Below are positions 31,140 to 41,033 of a DNA stretch of 64,000 nt, in pieces; the first letter of the stretch is position 1, and every line of letters starts with the position of its first letter. The DNA is from an uncultured delta proteobacterium (GTDB lineage: Bacteria > Desulfobacterota > Binatia > Binatales > Binataceae): contig CAVRVY010000003.1 in NCBI GenBank assembly GCA_963724765.1, positions 896,001 to 960,000 on the forward strand, read 5' to 3'. The position numbers were made by a program, and so were the translations under genes. Under the pieces are notes generated by a model. The model saw only the letters and a list, made by a program, of their open reading frames with translations, ran no database searches and was not told the origin of the DNA.

Positions 31140-32462
31140 CTACGCGCCCAAATCGTAGGCGTTCTCTTCATGCTCGCTCAAGTCGAGCCCGATGCGTTCG
31201 GCTTCATCGCTCGCCCGCAATCCCACAAGCGCGTCAGTCACTCCGAGCAGGATGAGACTGCCGACAAAGGCGAACGAGATGCTGGTCGCGACCGCGACCA
31301 CCTGGATCAGGAACTGCAGCGGGTTGCCGAAGAACAGCCCATCGGCGCCGGCCGCGTTGACCGCGACGCTGGCGAAAAGCCCGGTCGCAAGCGCGCCCCA
31401 GATGCCGCCCACCGCATGTACGCCAACCACGTCGAGCGCGTCGTCGTAGCCGAAGCGTGCCTTCATCCGCACCGCGAAAAAGCACAACACGCCCGCGCAC
31501 AAACCGATCACCATCGCCGAGATCGGCCCGACGTAGCCCGAAGCCGGCGTTATCGCGACCAGCCCGGCGACCACGCCGCTGGCGACGCCGAGCGTGGTCG
31601 GCTTGCCGAGCACGATCCATTCTGCGAACACCCATCCCAGCGCAGCCCCGGCCGCGCCGATATGCGTCGCGACGAAGGCCGAGGTCGCAAGCCCGTTGGC
31701 GGCGAGCGCGCTGCCGGCGTTAAAGCCGAACCATCCGAACCACAACAGCCCCGCGCCGGTCAGCGTCAGCGTCAGGTTGTGCGGCGGCATCGGCTCGCGC
31801 AAAAAGCCGCGCCGCGGCCCGATGACCAGCACGGCGGCGAGCGCCGAGGTCCCCGAGGAAATATGCACCACCGTGCCGCCCGCGAAATCCAGCGCGCCCA
31901 GCCGATGCAGCCATCCATCGACGCCCCATACCCAGTGCGCTAGCGGATCGTAGATCAACGTCATCCAGAGCAGGCTGAAAACCAGAAAGCCCTTGAACGA
32001 GATGCGCTCGGCAAAGGCGCCCGTGATCAGCGCCGGCGTGATCACGGCGAACATGCACTGGAAAATCATGTAGGTTTGATGCGGAACGGTGGCCGCGTAA
32101 GCGGGATAGGGCTGCGTGGCGCTGACACCGTGAAGTCCGATCCAGTGCAGGCCGCCGATAAGCGCGTTGCCGGGCGAAAAGGCCAGGCTGTAGCCAAACA
32201 GAATCCACTGGATCGAGACCAGCGCGGCCAGGATGAAGCTCTGCATCAGCATCGCGAGCACGTTCTTGCGCCGCACCATCCCACCGTAGAAAAGCGCCAG
32301 CCCGGGAGCGGTCATCAGCAACACCAGCGCCGACGAGGTCAGCAGCCATGCGGTATCGCCGCTATTGATGACCGACGGCGTGTCGGCAGCGTGTGCGGAG
32401 ACGGCAAAGAGCAGGGCTGTGCCGGCGGTTCCCAGGCAAACAATCGGCCTTGTGCGCAGCAT
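31140..32462 (-). CDS. amtB: Ammonium transporter
   Basis: PGLALFYGG, FQCMFA, DFAGGTVVH, WFGWFGFNAGS, DDALDV.GVH. Confidence 0.96.
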   Translation of the reverse strand: MLRTRPIVCLGTAGTALLFAVSAHAADTPSVINSGDTAWLLTSSALVLLMTAPGLALFYGGMVRRKNVLAMLMQSFILAALVSIQWILFGYSLAFSPGNALIGGLHWIGLHGVSATQPYPAYAATVPHQTYMIFQCMFAVITPALITGAFAERISFKGFLVFSLLWMTLIYDPLAHWVWGVDGWLHRLGALDFAGGTVVHISSGTSALAAVLVIGPRRGFLREPMPPHNLTLTLTGAGLLWFGWFGFNAGSALAANGLATSAFVATHIGAAGAALGWVFAEWIVLGKPTTLGVASGVVAGLVAITPASGYVGPISAMVIGLCAGVLCFFAVRMKARFGYDDALDVVGVHAVGGIWGALATGLFASVAVNAAGADGLFFGNPLQFLIQVVAVATSISFAFVGSLILLGVTDALVGLRASDEAERIGLDLSEHEENAYDLGA

Positions 32463-32645
32463 CGCGGATTCTCCTTCAGTACGACGGTGAGCGTGCAAAA
32501 TGAAATGTCCGGACGCGGCTTTGCGACGCGTCCGGGTAACGCTATTGGGCGAAGTTTGTGACAGAAGTTGGCGCGGCGGACAAGCGCAATGCGCGGTCAA
32601 AAAATTGTTCGCGGCCGCGCGCGCGAACCGGCGAGCCCGGCCGCC

Positions 32646-33830
32646 TCAGCCCTTGGGAAGTTGCAGGATGCGCTCGCCGATCATGTTTTTCTGCACCGGC
32701 GAGGTCCCACCCGCGATCGTCATGCTCTCGCTGTAGAGGATGCGCCGCAGCCAGTCGCCGTCGGGCGCAAACGGCGAGCGCCGCTCGAGCAGCGCGAACT
32801 CACCCAACAGCCGCACCGAGAACTTGACCATCCGCTGCGTCAGCTCGGTCGAGACCAGCTTGCCGATCGAGCTTTCGGGGCCGGGCAGTTGTCCCTTGAG
32901 CCGGCGCGTCAGCGAGCGCAGGCCGTTGTACTTCTTGGCCGCGACTTCGATCGCGAACTGCGCAAGCTGCTGGCGAATCTCGTCGTCTTCGGCCGCGGAG
33001 CGCCCGTCGATAATGGCGCCGCGCGCGATTTCCACCAGTTGCGCGAGCGTCTGCTCGGTACCGCCGATCGTCTCGCCGATCCCGAAGCGCTCGTGCATCA
33101 GCGTCGACACCAGCACCTGCCATCCCTGGTTTAGCGGCCCGAGCAGGTTGGCCTTGGGCACGCGCACGTCTTCGAAAAAGATTTCGTTGAACTCGGACTC
33201 GCCGGTTATCTGCTTGAGCGGGCGCACGATGACGCCGGGGCTTTTCATATCGACCAGCAGGCAGCTCAGTCCCTTGTGCCGGGGAACCTCGGGGTCGGTG
33301 CGCACGAAGAGCTGGCAGAAGTGCGAGCGATGGGCGAGCGTGGTCCAGACTTTCTGGCCGTTGACGATGAAGTTGTCGCCGTCGAGCACGGCGCGGGTCT
33401 GCAGCGCGGCGAGGTCCGAGCCGGCGGCCGGCTCCGACATCCCTTCGGACCAGATTTCCTCCGCGCTCAGGATTTTCTGTAGGTAGCGTTGCTTCTGCTC
33501 CTCGGTGCCCCACTGCATCAGCGCCGGGCCGGTCATGATCACGCCCAGGACGTTGCATCCCATCGGCAGGTTGAGCCGTCCGAGTTCCTGCTGAAAGATG
33601 ACCTGCTCGACGAAGGTGGCACCGCGCCCGCCGAACTGTTTGGGCCAGGTGAGCCCGGCCCATCCGCCATCGTAAAGCTTTTTGTGCCAGAGCCTCAGGC
33701 GCTCCCACAGAAAGTTTTCGTCGGCGCGCTCTTTTTCCTCGGGCTTAAGCGGCCGCGGCTGATTGGCCTCGAGCCATGCGCGCACTTCCATCCGATAGGC
33801 TTCCTGCTCGGGCGTGTAAGTGAAATCCAT
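32646..33830 (-). CDS. Acyl-CoA dehydrogenase family protein
   Basis: SEPAAGSDLA, NGQKVWT, FNEIFFEDV, TIAGGTS. Confidence 0.94.
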   Translation of the reverse strand: MDFTYTPEQEAYRMEVRAWLEANQPRPLKPEEKERADENFLWERLRLWHKKLYDGGWAGLTWPKQFGGRGATFVEQVIFQQELGRLNLPMGCNVLGVIMTGPALMQWGTEEQKQRYLQKILSAEEIWSEGMSEPAAGSDLAALQTRAVLDGDNFIVNGQKVWTTLAHRSHFCQLFVRTDPEVPRHKGLSCLLVDMKSPGVIVRPLKQITGESEFNEIFFEDVRVPKANLLGPLNQGWQVLVSTLMHERFGIGETIGGTEQTLAQLVEIARGAIIDGRSAAEDDEIRQQLAQFAIEVAAKKYNGLRSLTRRLKGQLPGPESSIGKLVSTELTQRMVKFSVRLLGEFALLERRSPFAPDGDWLRRILYSESMTIAGGTSPVQKNMIGERILQLPKG

Positions 33831-33934
33831 CGCTCGGATACTCCGTCAGCGTCGGTGATCGTGAGCGATGCTATCGAACCGGCGTTCGCTGGGGTAGTGC
33901 GAAGAAGTTTCCGCAAGAAAAGCTGGTTATGCAG

Positions 33935-34171
33935 TCACTGGATCGGTGAAAAGCCCTGCGTTGCGAACCCGGCGTCACGCAACACCTCGTCCAGCGTGCT
34001 GCGCTCATAACAACTGATCAGAAACGACGCGAGCGCATCGACCAGGTTGTGCTCGGCCTCGTCACGGGTGTGGCCTTGCGAGTGGACGTCTAGCAGCGGG
34101 CACGACGAGATGAACCATTTGCCCTTCTTCCGAATCCGGGCAGGGACTTTGAATTCCATCGCGATCCGCAT
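33935..34171 (-). CDS. HicB-like antitoxin domain, no adjacent HicA
   Basis: WFISSCPLLDVHSQGHTRDEAEHNLVDAL. Confidence 0.75.
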   Translation of the reverse strand: MRIAMEFKVPARIRKKGKWFISSCPLLDVHSQGHTRDEAEHNLVDALASFLISCYERSTLDEVLRDAGFATQGFSPIQ

Positions 34172-34285
34172 GTGTGATCTTCTACTAGTCCGGCATGGCC
34201 GCAGACAAGATACTAGCAGTTAGCAAGCCTGGCGTCGCCCGACGGACGATGGCCCGAAACCTCGACGTATGGAGTAGCGTCGCGA

Positions 34286-35044
34286 ATGTTGGCGGAAAAT
34301 AAATTCTCCTACCGCTGCAACCGATGCGGCTTGTGCTGACGCGACAAGGTGATCACGCTCTCGCCCTATGATGTAATCCGGATCGCGCGGGCCGCCAAAA
34401 TCAGCACCGGTGCGGCGGTTGCGCGCTATACCATGCGGCGGGGATCGCTCCTGCGCTTTTTATCCGACGGGCGATGCGTCGCGCTTGCGGGACCGCGCTG
34501 CACGATCCATCCGGGACGCCCGCTCGCTTGCCGGCTCTATCCGCTCGGCCTTGAACGCGCCCCCGGCACTGACGGCGCCGGCTACGTCGAGCGCTTTGTG
34601 AAATTGGACCCTGCCGTCGGTTCGCTCGGCGTCTATGGAGTAGCCGGCACGGTCGCGGAATTTCTCGACGGCCAGGGCGCCGCTCCGTATCTCAACGCCG
34701 TCGCGTTCTACTATCCGCTGGCCGCAAAATTTCGCGCGCGCGTCGCCGCGATCGTCGATTTCGAGCGCGTCGAGCCGCGCGAGTTCTGGCGTCGCGCCGC
34801 GCGCGAGGCGCTGGCCGAGACCAACTACGATCCCAATCGGCTTATCGACGCGCTGTTCGACCCCGACGGCCTCGGATGTGGCCGTGCAAGCCCCGAGGCG
34901 ACCGCCGTCGCGCATGTCGCGGCGATCGGTAAGATGACGGCGCGGGAGCGCGACGGTGCGCTGGTGGCGGCGGCGGCGGTGATGCTCGCGGTCAGTCTCG
35001 GCTACGCGCCGGGCGAAGTCGCCGGGCCGCGCGCTAGCCCTTGA
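34286..35044 (+). CDS. YkgJ-family cysteine cluster protein with in-frame TGA at codon 18 (Sec or nonsense)
   Basis: GGAG SD, ATG 34286: MLAENKFSYRCNRCGLC*RDKVITLSPYD..., downstream C..L...CTIHPGRPLACRLYPL. Confidence 0.85.
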
Positions 35045-35597
35045 TGCGCGAATCGATCTGGATCCCCGCGCCCTTGGCGAAACCGAGCAGGATTTCGCGG
35101 TCGCTCTCGAGCCCGCCGCCCTGAACATTCTGCGCGTCGTCGAATTCGCCGCGCAGGTGCCCGTTTTTAATATCGATGAGCGTGACTTTCAGCGTGATCG
35201 CAGTGGTCCCGCTGTTGCCCGAAGAGGTGTCGGGCTGATACGCGGTTAGCTCGCACTTGATCAGCAGCGGTTCGGATTCGGGCGGCGCGCTCGCGACGAT
35301 ATTGTAGCCACGGTTTTTCAGCTCCGTGGAGATCCCCTCACCGATTATTTGCGCGGCCTCGACGCCGGCTGGCTGCCCGCTCCGGTTCACCACCGGCGGC
35401 AGCTCGAAAGCCGCGTAAGAGGAAAGCGGGATGTCTGGCACTTCGGGCGGCGGCTTTTTATTGGCCGCGGCACACGCCGCCAATATCAACGGTGCAAGCA
35501 TCGCGGGCACGAGTATCGCTGCCAGCACTTTCGCGCGACGCCGTCGGACGATTTCGATCGCCGGCTTCAATTCCGCGCGGCGCGCTTCATTCCACAT
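35034..35597 (-). CDS. Putative lipoprotein
   Basis: Basic N-region, hydrophobic core, LAAC lipobox. Confidence 0.7.
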   Translation of the reverse strand: MWNEARRAELKPAIEIVRRRRAKVLAAILVPAMLAPLILAACAAANKKPPPEVPDIPLSSYAAFELPPVVNRSGQPAGVEAAQIIGEGISTELKNRGYNIVASAPPESEPLLIKCELTAYQPDTSSGNSGTTAITLKVTLIDIKNGHLRGEFDDAQNVQGGGLESDREILLGFAKGAGIQIDSRIKG

Positions 35598-36270
35598 CGC
35601 TCCCCTCGCCCGGCTCCGGCGTTCCGGTTTCTGGCGGTGTCTGCGCACCGCCCTTGCCGCTGGGGGCGCCAACCGGCTGCCTGGCAGCCGCGGCGGGAGA
35701 AGCGGCCGCCGTCGGGGTGGGCGGATGGTCGGCGCCAAGGTCATGGATGATCTGTTTGGCGTGGATGCCGGGGTCGACCGACGGGTAGACCTTCAGGATG
35801 TGTCCGTCCTCGCCGATTACGTAAGTCACGCGGCGGTCGAGACCGAGAATCGGCACGCCGTTATCGGCGCCGTAGGCGCGCGCGATGCTGCGGTCGGGGT
35901 CGAGCAGTAGCGAAAACGGCAGGCGGTACTTTTTAATGAATGCCTTGTGCGATTCGGCGGAATCGATACTGCACCCGAGCACCGTGATACCGGCGGCCTG
36001 GAAGCGCGCGTAGCCGTCGCGAAACGCGCACGCCTCCCTGGTGCATCCGGGCGTGTTGTCCTTGGGATAGAAGTAGAGCACCAGCTTGTGGCCACGGAAG
36101 TCGGAGAGCCTGACTGGCGTGACCTGATCGCCGTTGACCAGCTGGCTATGGAAATCGGGCGCCGGCGCTCCCACGGAGAGCATCGCCGCGCGCGCGATTC
36201 GCGGGCGCAAAGCGATCGCTCCCAATCCTGTGATCGCGAGCACGATCGCCACCATCATGATGAGCCGCAT
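35587..36270 (-). CDS. bcp: Peroxiredoxin BCP/PrxQ with signal peptide
   Basis: LYFYPKDNTPGCTREAC. Confidence 0.92.
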   Translation of the reverse strand: MRLIMMVAIVLAITGLGAIALRPRIARAAMLSVGAPAPDFHSQLVNGDQVTPVRLSDFRGHKLVLYFYPKDNTPGCTREACAFRDGYARFQAAGITVLGCSIDSAESHKAFIKKYRLPFSLLLDPDRSIARAYGADNGVPILGLDRRVTYVIGEDGHILKVYPSVDPGIHAKQIIHDLGADHPPTPTAAASPAAAARQPVGAPSGKGGAQTPPETGTPEPGEGSDVE

Positions 36271-36336
36271 TGGCGCATTCCCCCTGCGTGGCTTGTGGAT
36301 GCCGGCCCGGTGCGAGATGCGCGCAGCGTCGCCGGG

Positions 36337-37263
36337 CTAGACGTAGTGCAGCCACTCGCGATAGCGCGCGTCGCGGCCATGCAGCGCGTTGCGGAAAACT
36401 TCTTGCACTTTGATCGTCACCGGCCCCGGCACGCCCGCTCCGATCATGCGATCGTCAAGCTCGCGCACCGGCGTGACCTCGGCCGCGGTGCCGGTCATGA
36501 AGGCCTCGTCGGCGATATAGACCGCGTCGCGCGGGAAGGTCTGCTCGACCACCTCGATCGACGCGTCGTGCAGGATTTTCATCACCGCGGCGCGGGTGAT
36601 CCCGGGCAGTACCGAGTTGAGCGGCGGCGTCTTGACCACGCCGTCGCGCACGATGAAGAAGTTCTCGCCGCTGCCCTCGGCCACGTAGCCGTGGACATCG
36701 AGCAGGAGCGCCTCGTCGTAGCCGTTACGGCGCGCCTCGTAGCCGGCGAGGATCGAATTGACATAGTGGCCCGAGGCCTTGGCCAGCGACATCAGGGAGT
36801 TGTGATGGAACCGCACGAAGGACGAAGTCTTGAGCCGCACGCCTTTTTTGGCCCCGTCCTCGCCGAGATAGGCGCCCCACGGCCATCCTGCGATCGCGAC
36901 GCGCACCTTGTTGCCGCGCGCCGAGAGCCCCATCTCGCCCTCGCCGTAAAACGCGATCGGCCGCAGGTAACATTCCTCCAGCCGATTGACCCGCACCACG
37001 TCGCAGCACGCTTTTAGCAGCTCTTCCTGGCTGAACGGGATTTGCATCTCGACGATATGGGCGGAGTCGAACAGGCGGCGGATATGCTCGGGGCCGCGGA
37101 AGATCGCCGAGCGGCCGTTATCGGATTTGTAGCAGCGCATCCCCTCGAACACGGCCAGGCCGTAGTGCAGGCTGTGGCTGAGAACGTGGATGTTGGCCTC
37201 GTCGTAGGGAATCAGCGCGCCGTCGATCCAGATTTTGTCCGTGCGTAAGCCGTTCGCTGCCAA
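36337..37263 (-). CDS. ilvE: Branched-chain amino acid aminotransferase
   Basis: HSLHYG..FEG, YLRP, EGSGEN, LPGITR, GTAAEVTP. Confidence 0.96.
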   Translation of the reverse strand: MAANGLRTDKIWIDGALIPYDEANIHVLSHSLHYGLAVFEGMRCYKSDNGRSAIFRGPEHIRRLFDSAHIVEMQIPFSQEELLKACCDVVRVNRLEECYLRPIAFYGEGEMGLSARGNKVRVAIAGWPWGAYLGEDGAKKGVRLKTSSFVRFHHNSLMSLAKASGHYVNSILAGYEARRNGYDEALLLDVHGYVAEGSGENFFIVRDGVVKTPPLNSVLPGITRAAVMKILHDASIEVVEQTFPRDAVYIADEAFMTGTAAEVTPVRELDDRMIGAGVPGPVTIKVQEVFRNALHGRDARYREWLHYV

Positions 37264-37408
37264 AACCGACCTCTTTATGTGGCTGCTTTATTTAATTGAT
37301 AGACCTGTCCGTTCTCGCCGCGCTCGAAACCAAGCGCGAGCGTTCAGGGTAGTCGAAACGGGGCGACCCGGACAAGCGGCGGCGGGTCTAGGGTCGGTCC
37401 GAGCAGCG

Positions 37409-38899
37409 CTAGCCGCGTGGACGCTGCGCCGGGTCCACGCCGGCCGCCAAAGCGGCGGCCGCTTCCTCGGACGGCCGCGGCGCGACCGCCGAGCCTGCCG
37501 GCTCGGCGTGGCGCGCCTCGGCCGCCGCTTCGCCTTCGCCGTGCGCGCGCGCCTCGCCGTTGTGCGAGGCGTCGAACGCATGCGCCGCGGCCCGGCCGCG
37601 GCGTCGATGGCGCGAGCGGCCGCCGCGCCGGCCACGCCGGCGCCGCCGGCCGCCGCCGCCGGAGGGACCGCCGGGGCGCGCCTCGCGCGGCTCGGCGCTG
37701 CGAGACGCGTCGCTCCGGCCTTCGAGCCACGCCTCGGGATTGTTCAGGAAGCTCGCGAGCTCCTCGGGATCGCCGCCGCAGGCCGGCGCGACGATTTCGA
37801 ACACGGCGCGCGCCTCATCGAAGTAGGGGCGATGGATGAGCCGACGCGTGCGGCGCGACGGCGTAATCAGATGCGGCAGCGCCTCGAGCACGAGGCGCAT
37901 CCGTTCCGTGTCGCCGCGAGCGAAGCCGCGCGATTTCAGTTCCGCCAGCAAGTCCAACGGCTGGCCGCCGGGCATCCCACGCATGCAGAGGTCCGCGAAC
38001 ATGCAAGCCAGCACGAGCGAGTGCTCGGGCTCCATCCCGGCCGAGATCCGGCGACCCATCGCGGCCAGGTTGCGCCCGGTCGCGCTCTCGTGCGCCGGAG
38101 CTTGGCCGGCGCGGATGAAATCCGCGAGCGGCGCCAGCAACAAATCGAACAGCGCCAGATCGTGCATCAGCTCAAAGGCGCGCGCGGCGGCGGCGATTCC
38201 CAGTGCGCGATAAATCTCCTCGACCACGCGCGGCACCGAGGCGTTCAGCAGGTCCTCGCGATGACGCTCGATCGCGGCGCGCGTGGCGGGCTCGATCTCG
38301 AAACCCAGTTTGGCCGCGAAACGCACCGCGCGCAGCATCCGCACCGGGTCCTCGCGCATCCGTACCTCGGGATCGCCGATGGTGCGGATGAGCCGCGCCT
38401 CGAGGTCGGCGACTCCGCCGGTGTAGTCGATCACGTGAAACGTGCGCGGGTTGTAAAACAGCGAGTTGATCGTGAAGTCGCGCCGAAACGCGTCTTCCTC
38501 GGGCGTGCCGAAGGTGTTGTCGTGGCGAATCAGCGGATCTTCGGACTCGGCCACGTCCTCGGCGCGGCGGCGGAAGGTGGCGACCTCGATATTGTGTTGG
38601 CCGAAAAAGACATGGACCAAGCGGAAACGCCGCCCGATAAGCCGCGAGTTGCGGAAGAGATCGCGCACTTCCTGGGGATGCGCTGAGGTCGCGACGTCGA
38701 AATCCTTTGGCCGCCGCCCGATCATCAGGTCGCGCACGCCGCCGCCCACCAGGTAGGCGTCGTGGCCCGCGTCGCTCAGCCGGTACAGCACCTTGAGCAC
38801 GCGCGGATCGATGTCGCGGCGGGAGACCGGATGCTCGGAGCGCTCCAGGATGCGAGGCTCGGTGTGAGCCTCCAAATGGCCGTGGCCGGAATCAATCAT
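37409..38899 (-). CDS. pcnB: Poly(A) polymerase I
   Basis: LVGGGVRD, KDFDVAT, LIGRRFRLVHV signature, RRDFTIN, EDPVRMLRA; Arg-rich tail. Confidence 0.94.
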   Translation of the reverse strand: MIDSGHGHLEAHTEPRILERSEHPVSRRDIDPRVLKVLYRLSDAGHDAYLVGGGVRDLMIGRRPKDFDVATSAHPQEVRDLFRNSRLIGRRFRLVHVFFGQHNIEVATFRRRAEDVAESEDPLIRHDNTFGTPEEDAFRRDFTINSLFYNPRTFHVIDYTGGVADLEARLIRTIGDPEVRMREDPVRMLRAVRFAAKLGFEIEPATRAAIERHREDLLNASVPRVVEEIYRALGIAAAARAFELMHDLALFDLLLAPLADFIRAGQAPAHESATGRNLAAMGRRISAGMEPEHSLVLACMFADLCMRGMPGGQPLDLLAELKSRGFARGDTERMRLVLEALPHLITPSRRTRRLIHRPYFDEARAVFEIVAPACGGDPEELASFLNNPEAWLEGRSDASRSAEPREARPGGPSGGGGRRRRRGRRGGRSRHRRRGRAAAHAFDASHNGEARAHGEGEAAAEARHAEPAGSAVAPRPSEEAAAALAAGVDPAQRPRG

Positions 38900-39000
38900 C
38901 AGAGTCCGGCGCCCAATCTAGCACGCGTGCCACCACCCTTTCATCGGGGGGGGGGCCGGCTATCGCTACCACCTGCGCGATGCCATAGGATTTCGACACC

Positions 39001-39978
39001 ATGAGCAAGCCCGTAACGCGCAGCGCGATCCAGGTTATCAGCCACGGTCCATCCTGCCTCGACGGCGTGATGGCGGCGGCTGCGGTCGCGCGCTTTTACG
39101 AGGGGCAGCGCGTAATCACGCGGCTGGTCGCCAACAACGATAGCGACCGCGTGCTCCAGGACCTCGAACTTCGCACCGGCGGCGAGGACGACGAGGTCTG
39201 GATCACCGACCTTTCATGGAACTTGACCGCGACCGGCGAGCATCTGACCGATCTCGCGAAAAGAGGCGCACGCATCTACTGGATCGACCACCATCGCACC
39301 GCCGTCGGGCGCGCCGACGCGCCCGAGTTCAAGGTGCCGTTCGCCGGCCGCGTGCTTTCGGAGCAATACTCGGCCGCGCGGCTGACTTTCAACTACCTGC
39401 GCAAGCGCGCCGCCACGCTCCCGGCGGCCCGCGCCCGCGCCTTCGAGGAGTTCGCCACCTTCGCCGCGATCGCCGACGATCACGACCGCTGGGTCCATCG
39501 CATCCCCGAGTCCAACAACTGGGCGCTCGCCGTGCAGACGCTCGGCGGGATCGAATCGTACCGCGACATTTTACGCCTGCGCGAACCGAAGCTGTCGCGG
39601 CGGATGCGCACGGCGCTGGAGACCGGACGCGAGGCGATGGCGAAGTCGCTGGAACTGGCGCGCTCGACGATGGTCGACCGGATGCTCGGTAACGGGATCA
39701 AGGTGCGCAGCGCGTGCTGCTTCGGCTACAGCAGCGAGGTCGCGGCCGCGCTCTACGAGGGTCAGACGCGCACGGTGATCGCGCTGTTCGACCTGCGCAG
39801 CCAGGGCGTCAGCCTGCGCCGCAGCGCCGACTCGGAAATCGATCTCTCGGAGCTGGCGCGGGTCTTCGGGGGCGGCGGCCATGCGGCGGCGGCCGGTTTC
39901 GCGACCTCGGATCTAAAGCGCGCGCCGGCCGAGCGTCTCGCCGAACTGCTGGGCGACCGTCTCGCGACCGCCGTGTGA
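39001..39978 (+). CDS. DHH/DHHA1 phosphoesterase
   Basis: CLDG, ITDL, IDHH, GGGGHAAAAG. Confidence 0.9.
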   Translation: MSKPVTRSAIQVISHGPSCLDGVMAAAAVARFYEGQRVITRLVANNDSDRVLQDLELRTGGEDDEVWITDLSWNLTATGEHLTDLAKRGARIYWIDHHRTAVGRADAPEFKVPFAGRVLSEQYSAARLTFNYLRKRAATLPAARARAFEEFATFAAIADDHDRWVHRIPESNNWALAVQTLGGIESYRDILRLREPKLSRRMRTALETGREAMAKSLELARSTMVDRMLGNGIKVRSACCFGYSSEVAAALYEGQTRTVIALFDLRSQGVSLRRSADSEIDLSELARVFGGGGHAAAAGFATSDLKRAPAERLAELLGDRLATAV

Positions 39979-39993
39979 TTCCAATGCCCGTTC

Positions 39994-40021
39994 TGTGATC
40001 CTGAGCGTCAGCGAAGGATCT
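39994..40021. repeat. REP-like palindromic element
   Basis: TGTGATCCTGAGCGTCAGCGAAGGATCT: GATCCT..AGGATC hairpin just downstream of a gene; single copy in the window. Confidence 0.4.
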
Positions 40022-40144
40022 CCGCGAAGCGACGGACCTTTTTCCTCGGCATGAATCGACGCCACGCACCGTTGTATGGACGGTCGGGACAACCTCATAG
40101 CTCTTGCGACAGGAAGCGGCGGGCGCGATAATTCGTCTCCCGGT

Positions 40145-40222
40145 GGACGCATAGCTCAGCCCGGTTAGAGCGCTTGCCTCACATGCAAGAGGTCCCTGGT
40201 TCGAGTCCAGGTGCGTCCACCA
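40145..40222 (+). tRNA. tRNA-Val(CAC)
   Basis: GGACGCATAGCTCAGCCCGGTTAGAGCGCTTGCCT-CAC-ATGCAAGAGGTCCCTGGTTCGAGTCCAGGTGCGTCCACCA. Confidence 0.96.
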
Positions 40223-40280
40223 AAATTCCCGCCTGAATCAAGCCTTTCGTCACAAATAGATGACTCGCCGAGTCGTCCAT

Positions 40281-40300
40281 TGTGCCAGTTCTGTGTCAGA
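40281..40300. promoter_or_regulatory. Putative integrase arm-type sites (attL side)
   Basis: TGTGCCAGttcTGTGTCAG, matching TGTGCCAGtccTGTGCTAG at 52931-52950. Confidence 0.6.
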
Positions 40301-40317
40301 CACGAGGGGTGTGCGCC

Positions 40318-40656
40318 ATGAAGAACGAGCCAGCCGCTCGCGTCAAGCGACCGGTCGACGCCGCGTCGACACCGGCGACGATGAGCAAGACACAATACGC
40401 CCGCGCGGAGATCGCGCGCGCGCGGCCCGACCTGGAGGAGTTCGGTTGGGACGACGTCGCGATGGAGCGGATCGCGGACATGCTTCAGCCCGGCGACATC
40501 ATCGACTTCATCGGCGTTGCCATGGTCCGCTTTGGACCGCCGAGTCGGCCCGGGCTTTTTGGCTGCGACCGATGGCCGGCGCCGCCGGAGCAGCCGCCAA
40601 TCCCGACGCTCGATGAACGCGTAACGCCTCACATCAGAGCGCGCAAGTACGCCTGA
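40318..40656 (+). CDS. Hypothetical protein (element)
   Basis: GAGGGG SD; overlaps the next ORF (TGATG). Confidence 0.6.
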   Translation: MKNEPAARVKRPVDAASTPATMSKTQYARAEIARARPDLEEFGWDDVAMERIADMLQPGDIIDFIGVAMVRFGPPSRPGLFGCDRWPAPPEQPPIPTLDERVTPHIRARKYA

Positions 40657-41033
40657 TGGAAGCGGCAGCGAGAGTCTTTGTCTACCCCAACGGACCGGCG
40701 AGCTGGATGGCGCATCACCTGGCCAGCGGCATCGGCGCAATGGGCGCGACTCGAGAAGCGGCGACTGCGGCGTTTCGGCTCATCTGGACCGCACGCACCG
40801 AGGTGCGATTCGTCGACGGACCGCCGCCGCGTCCGAGACGTGATGGCTTCGCTGATGCCGATCAAAGTAAATCCGCGGTTCCGGCGCCGGAGCTCGAGCC
40901 CGAATGGTCGCGCGTCTTTAATGCCCAGATGATGCGATTCCATCCCGACCGCAATCCAGACGCTACTTTTTCGGGCTCGGAGGTCACCGCTGCGCTGATT
41001 GAACTGCGCGATGCGATGAGGGGCGATGGTTAA
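40656..41033 (+). CDS. Protein with C-terminal minimal J-domain (HPD)
   Basis: WSRVFNAQMMRFHPDRNPD...EVTAALIELRD. Confidence 0.65.
   Translation: MEAAARVFVYPNGPASWMAHHLASGIGAMGATREAATAAFRLIWTARTEVRFVDGPPPRPRRDGFADADQSKSAVPAPELEPEWSRVFNAQMMRFHPDRNPDATFSGSEVTAALIELRDAMRGDG

Noticed and set aside
32463-32645. Sigma54 promoter or glnK upstream of amtB
   Set aside because: No correctly spaced GG-N10-GC motif recognised, and no room for a PII gene
35947-38686. Long plus-strand ORFs (356 aa, 483 aa)
   Set aside because: Antisense shadows of bcp/ilvE and pcnB
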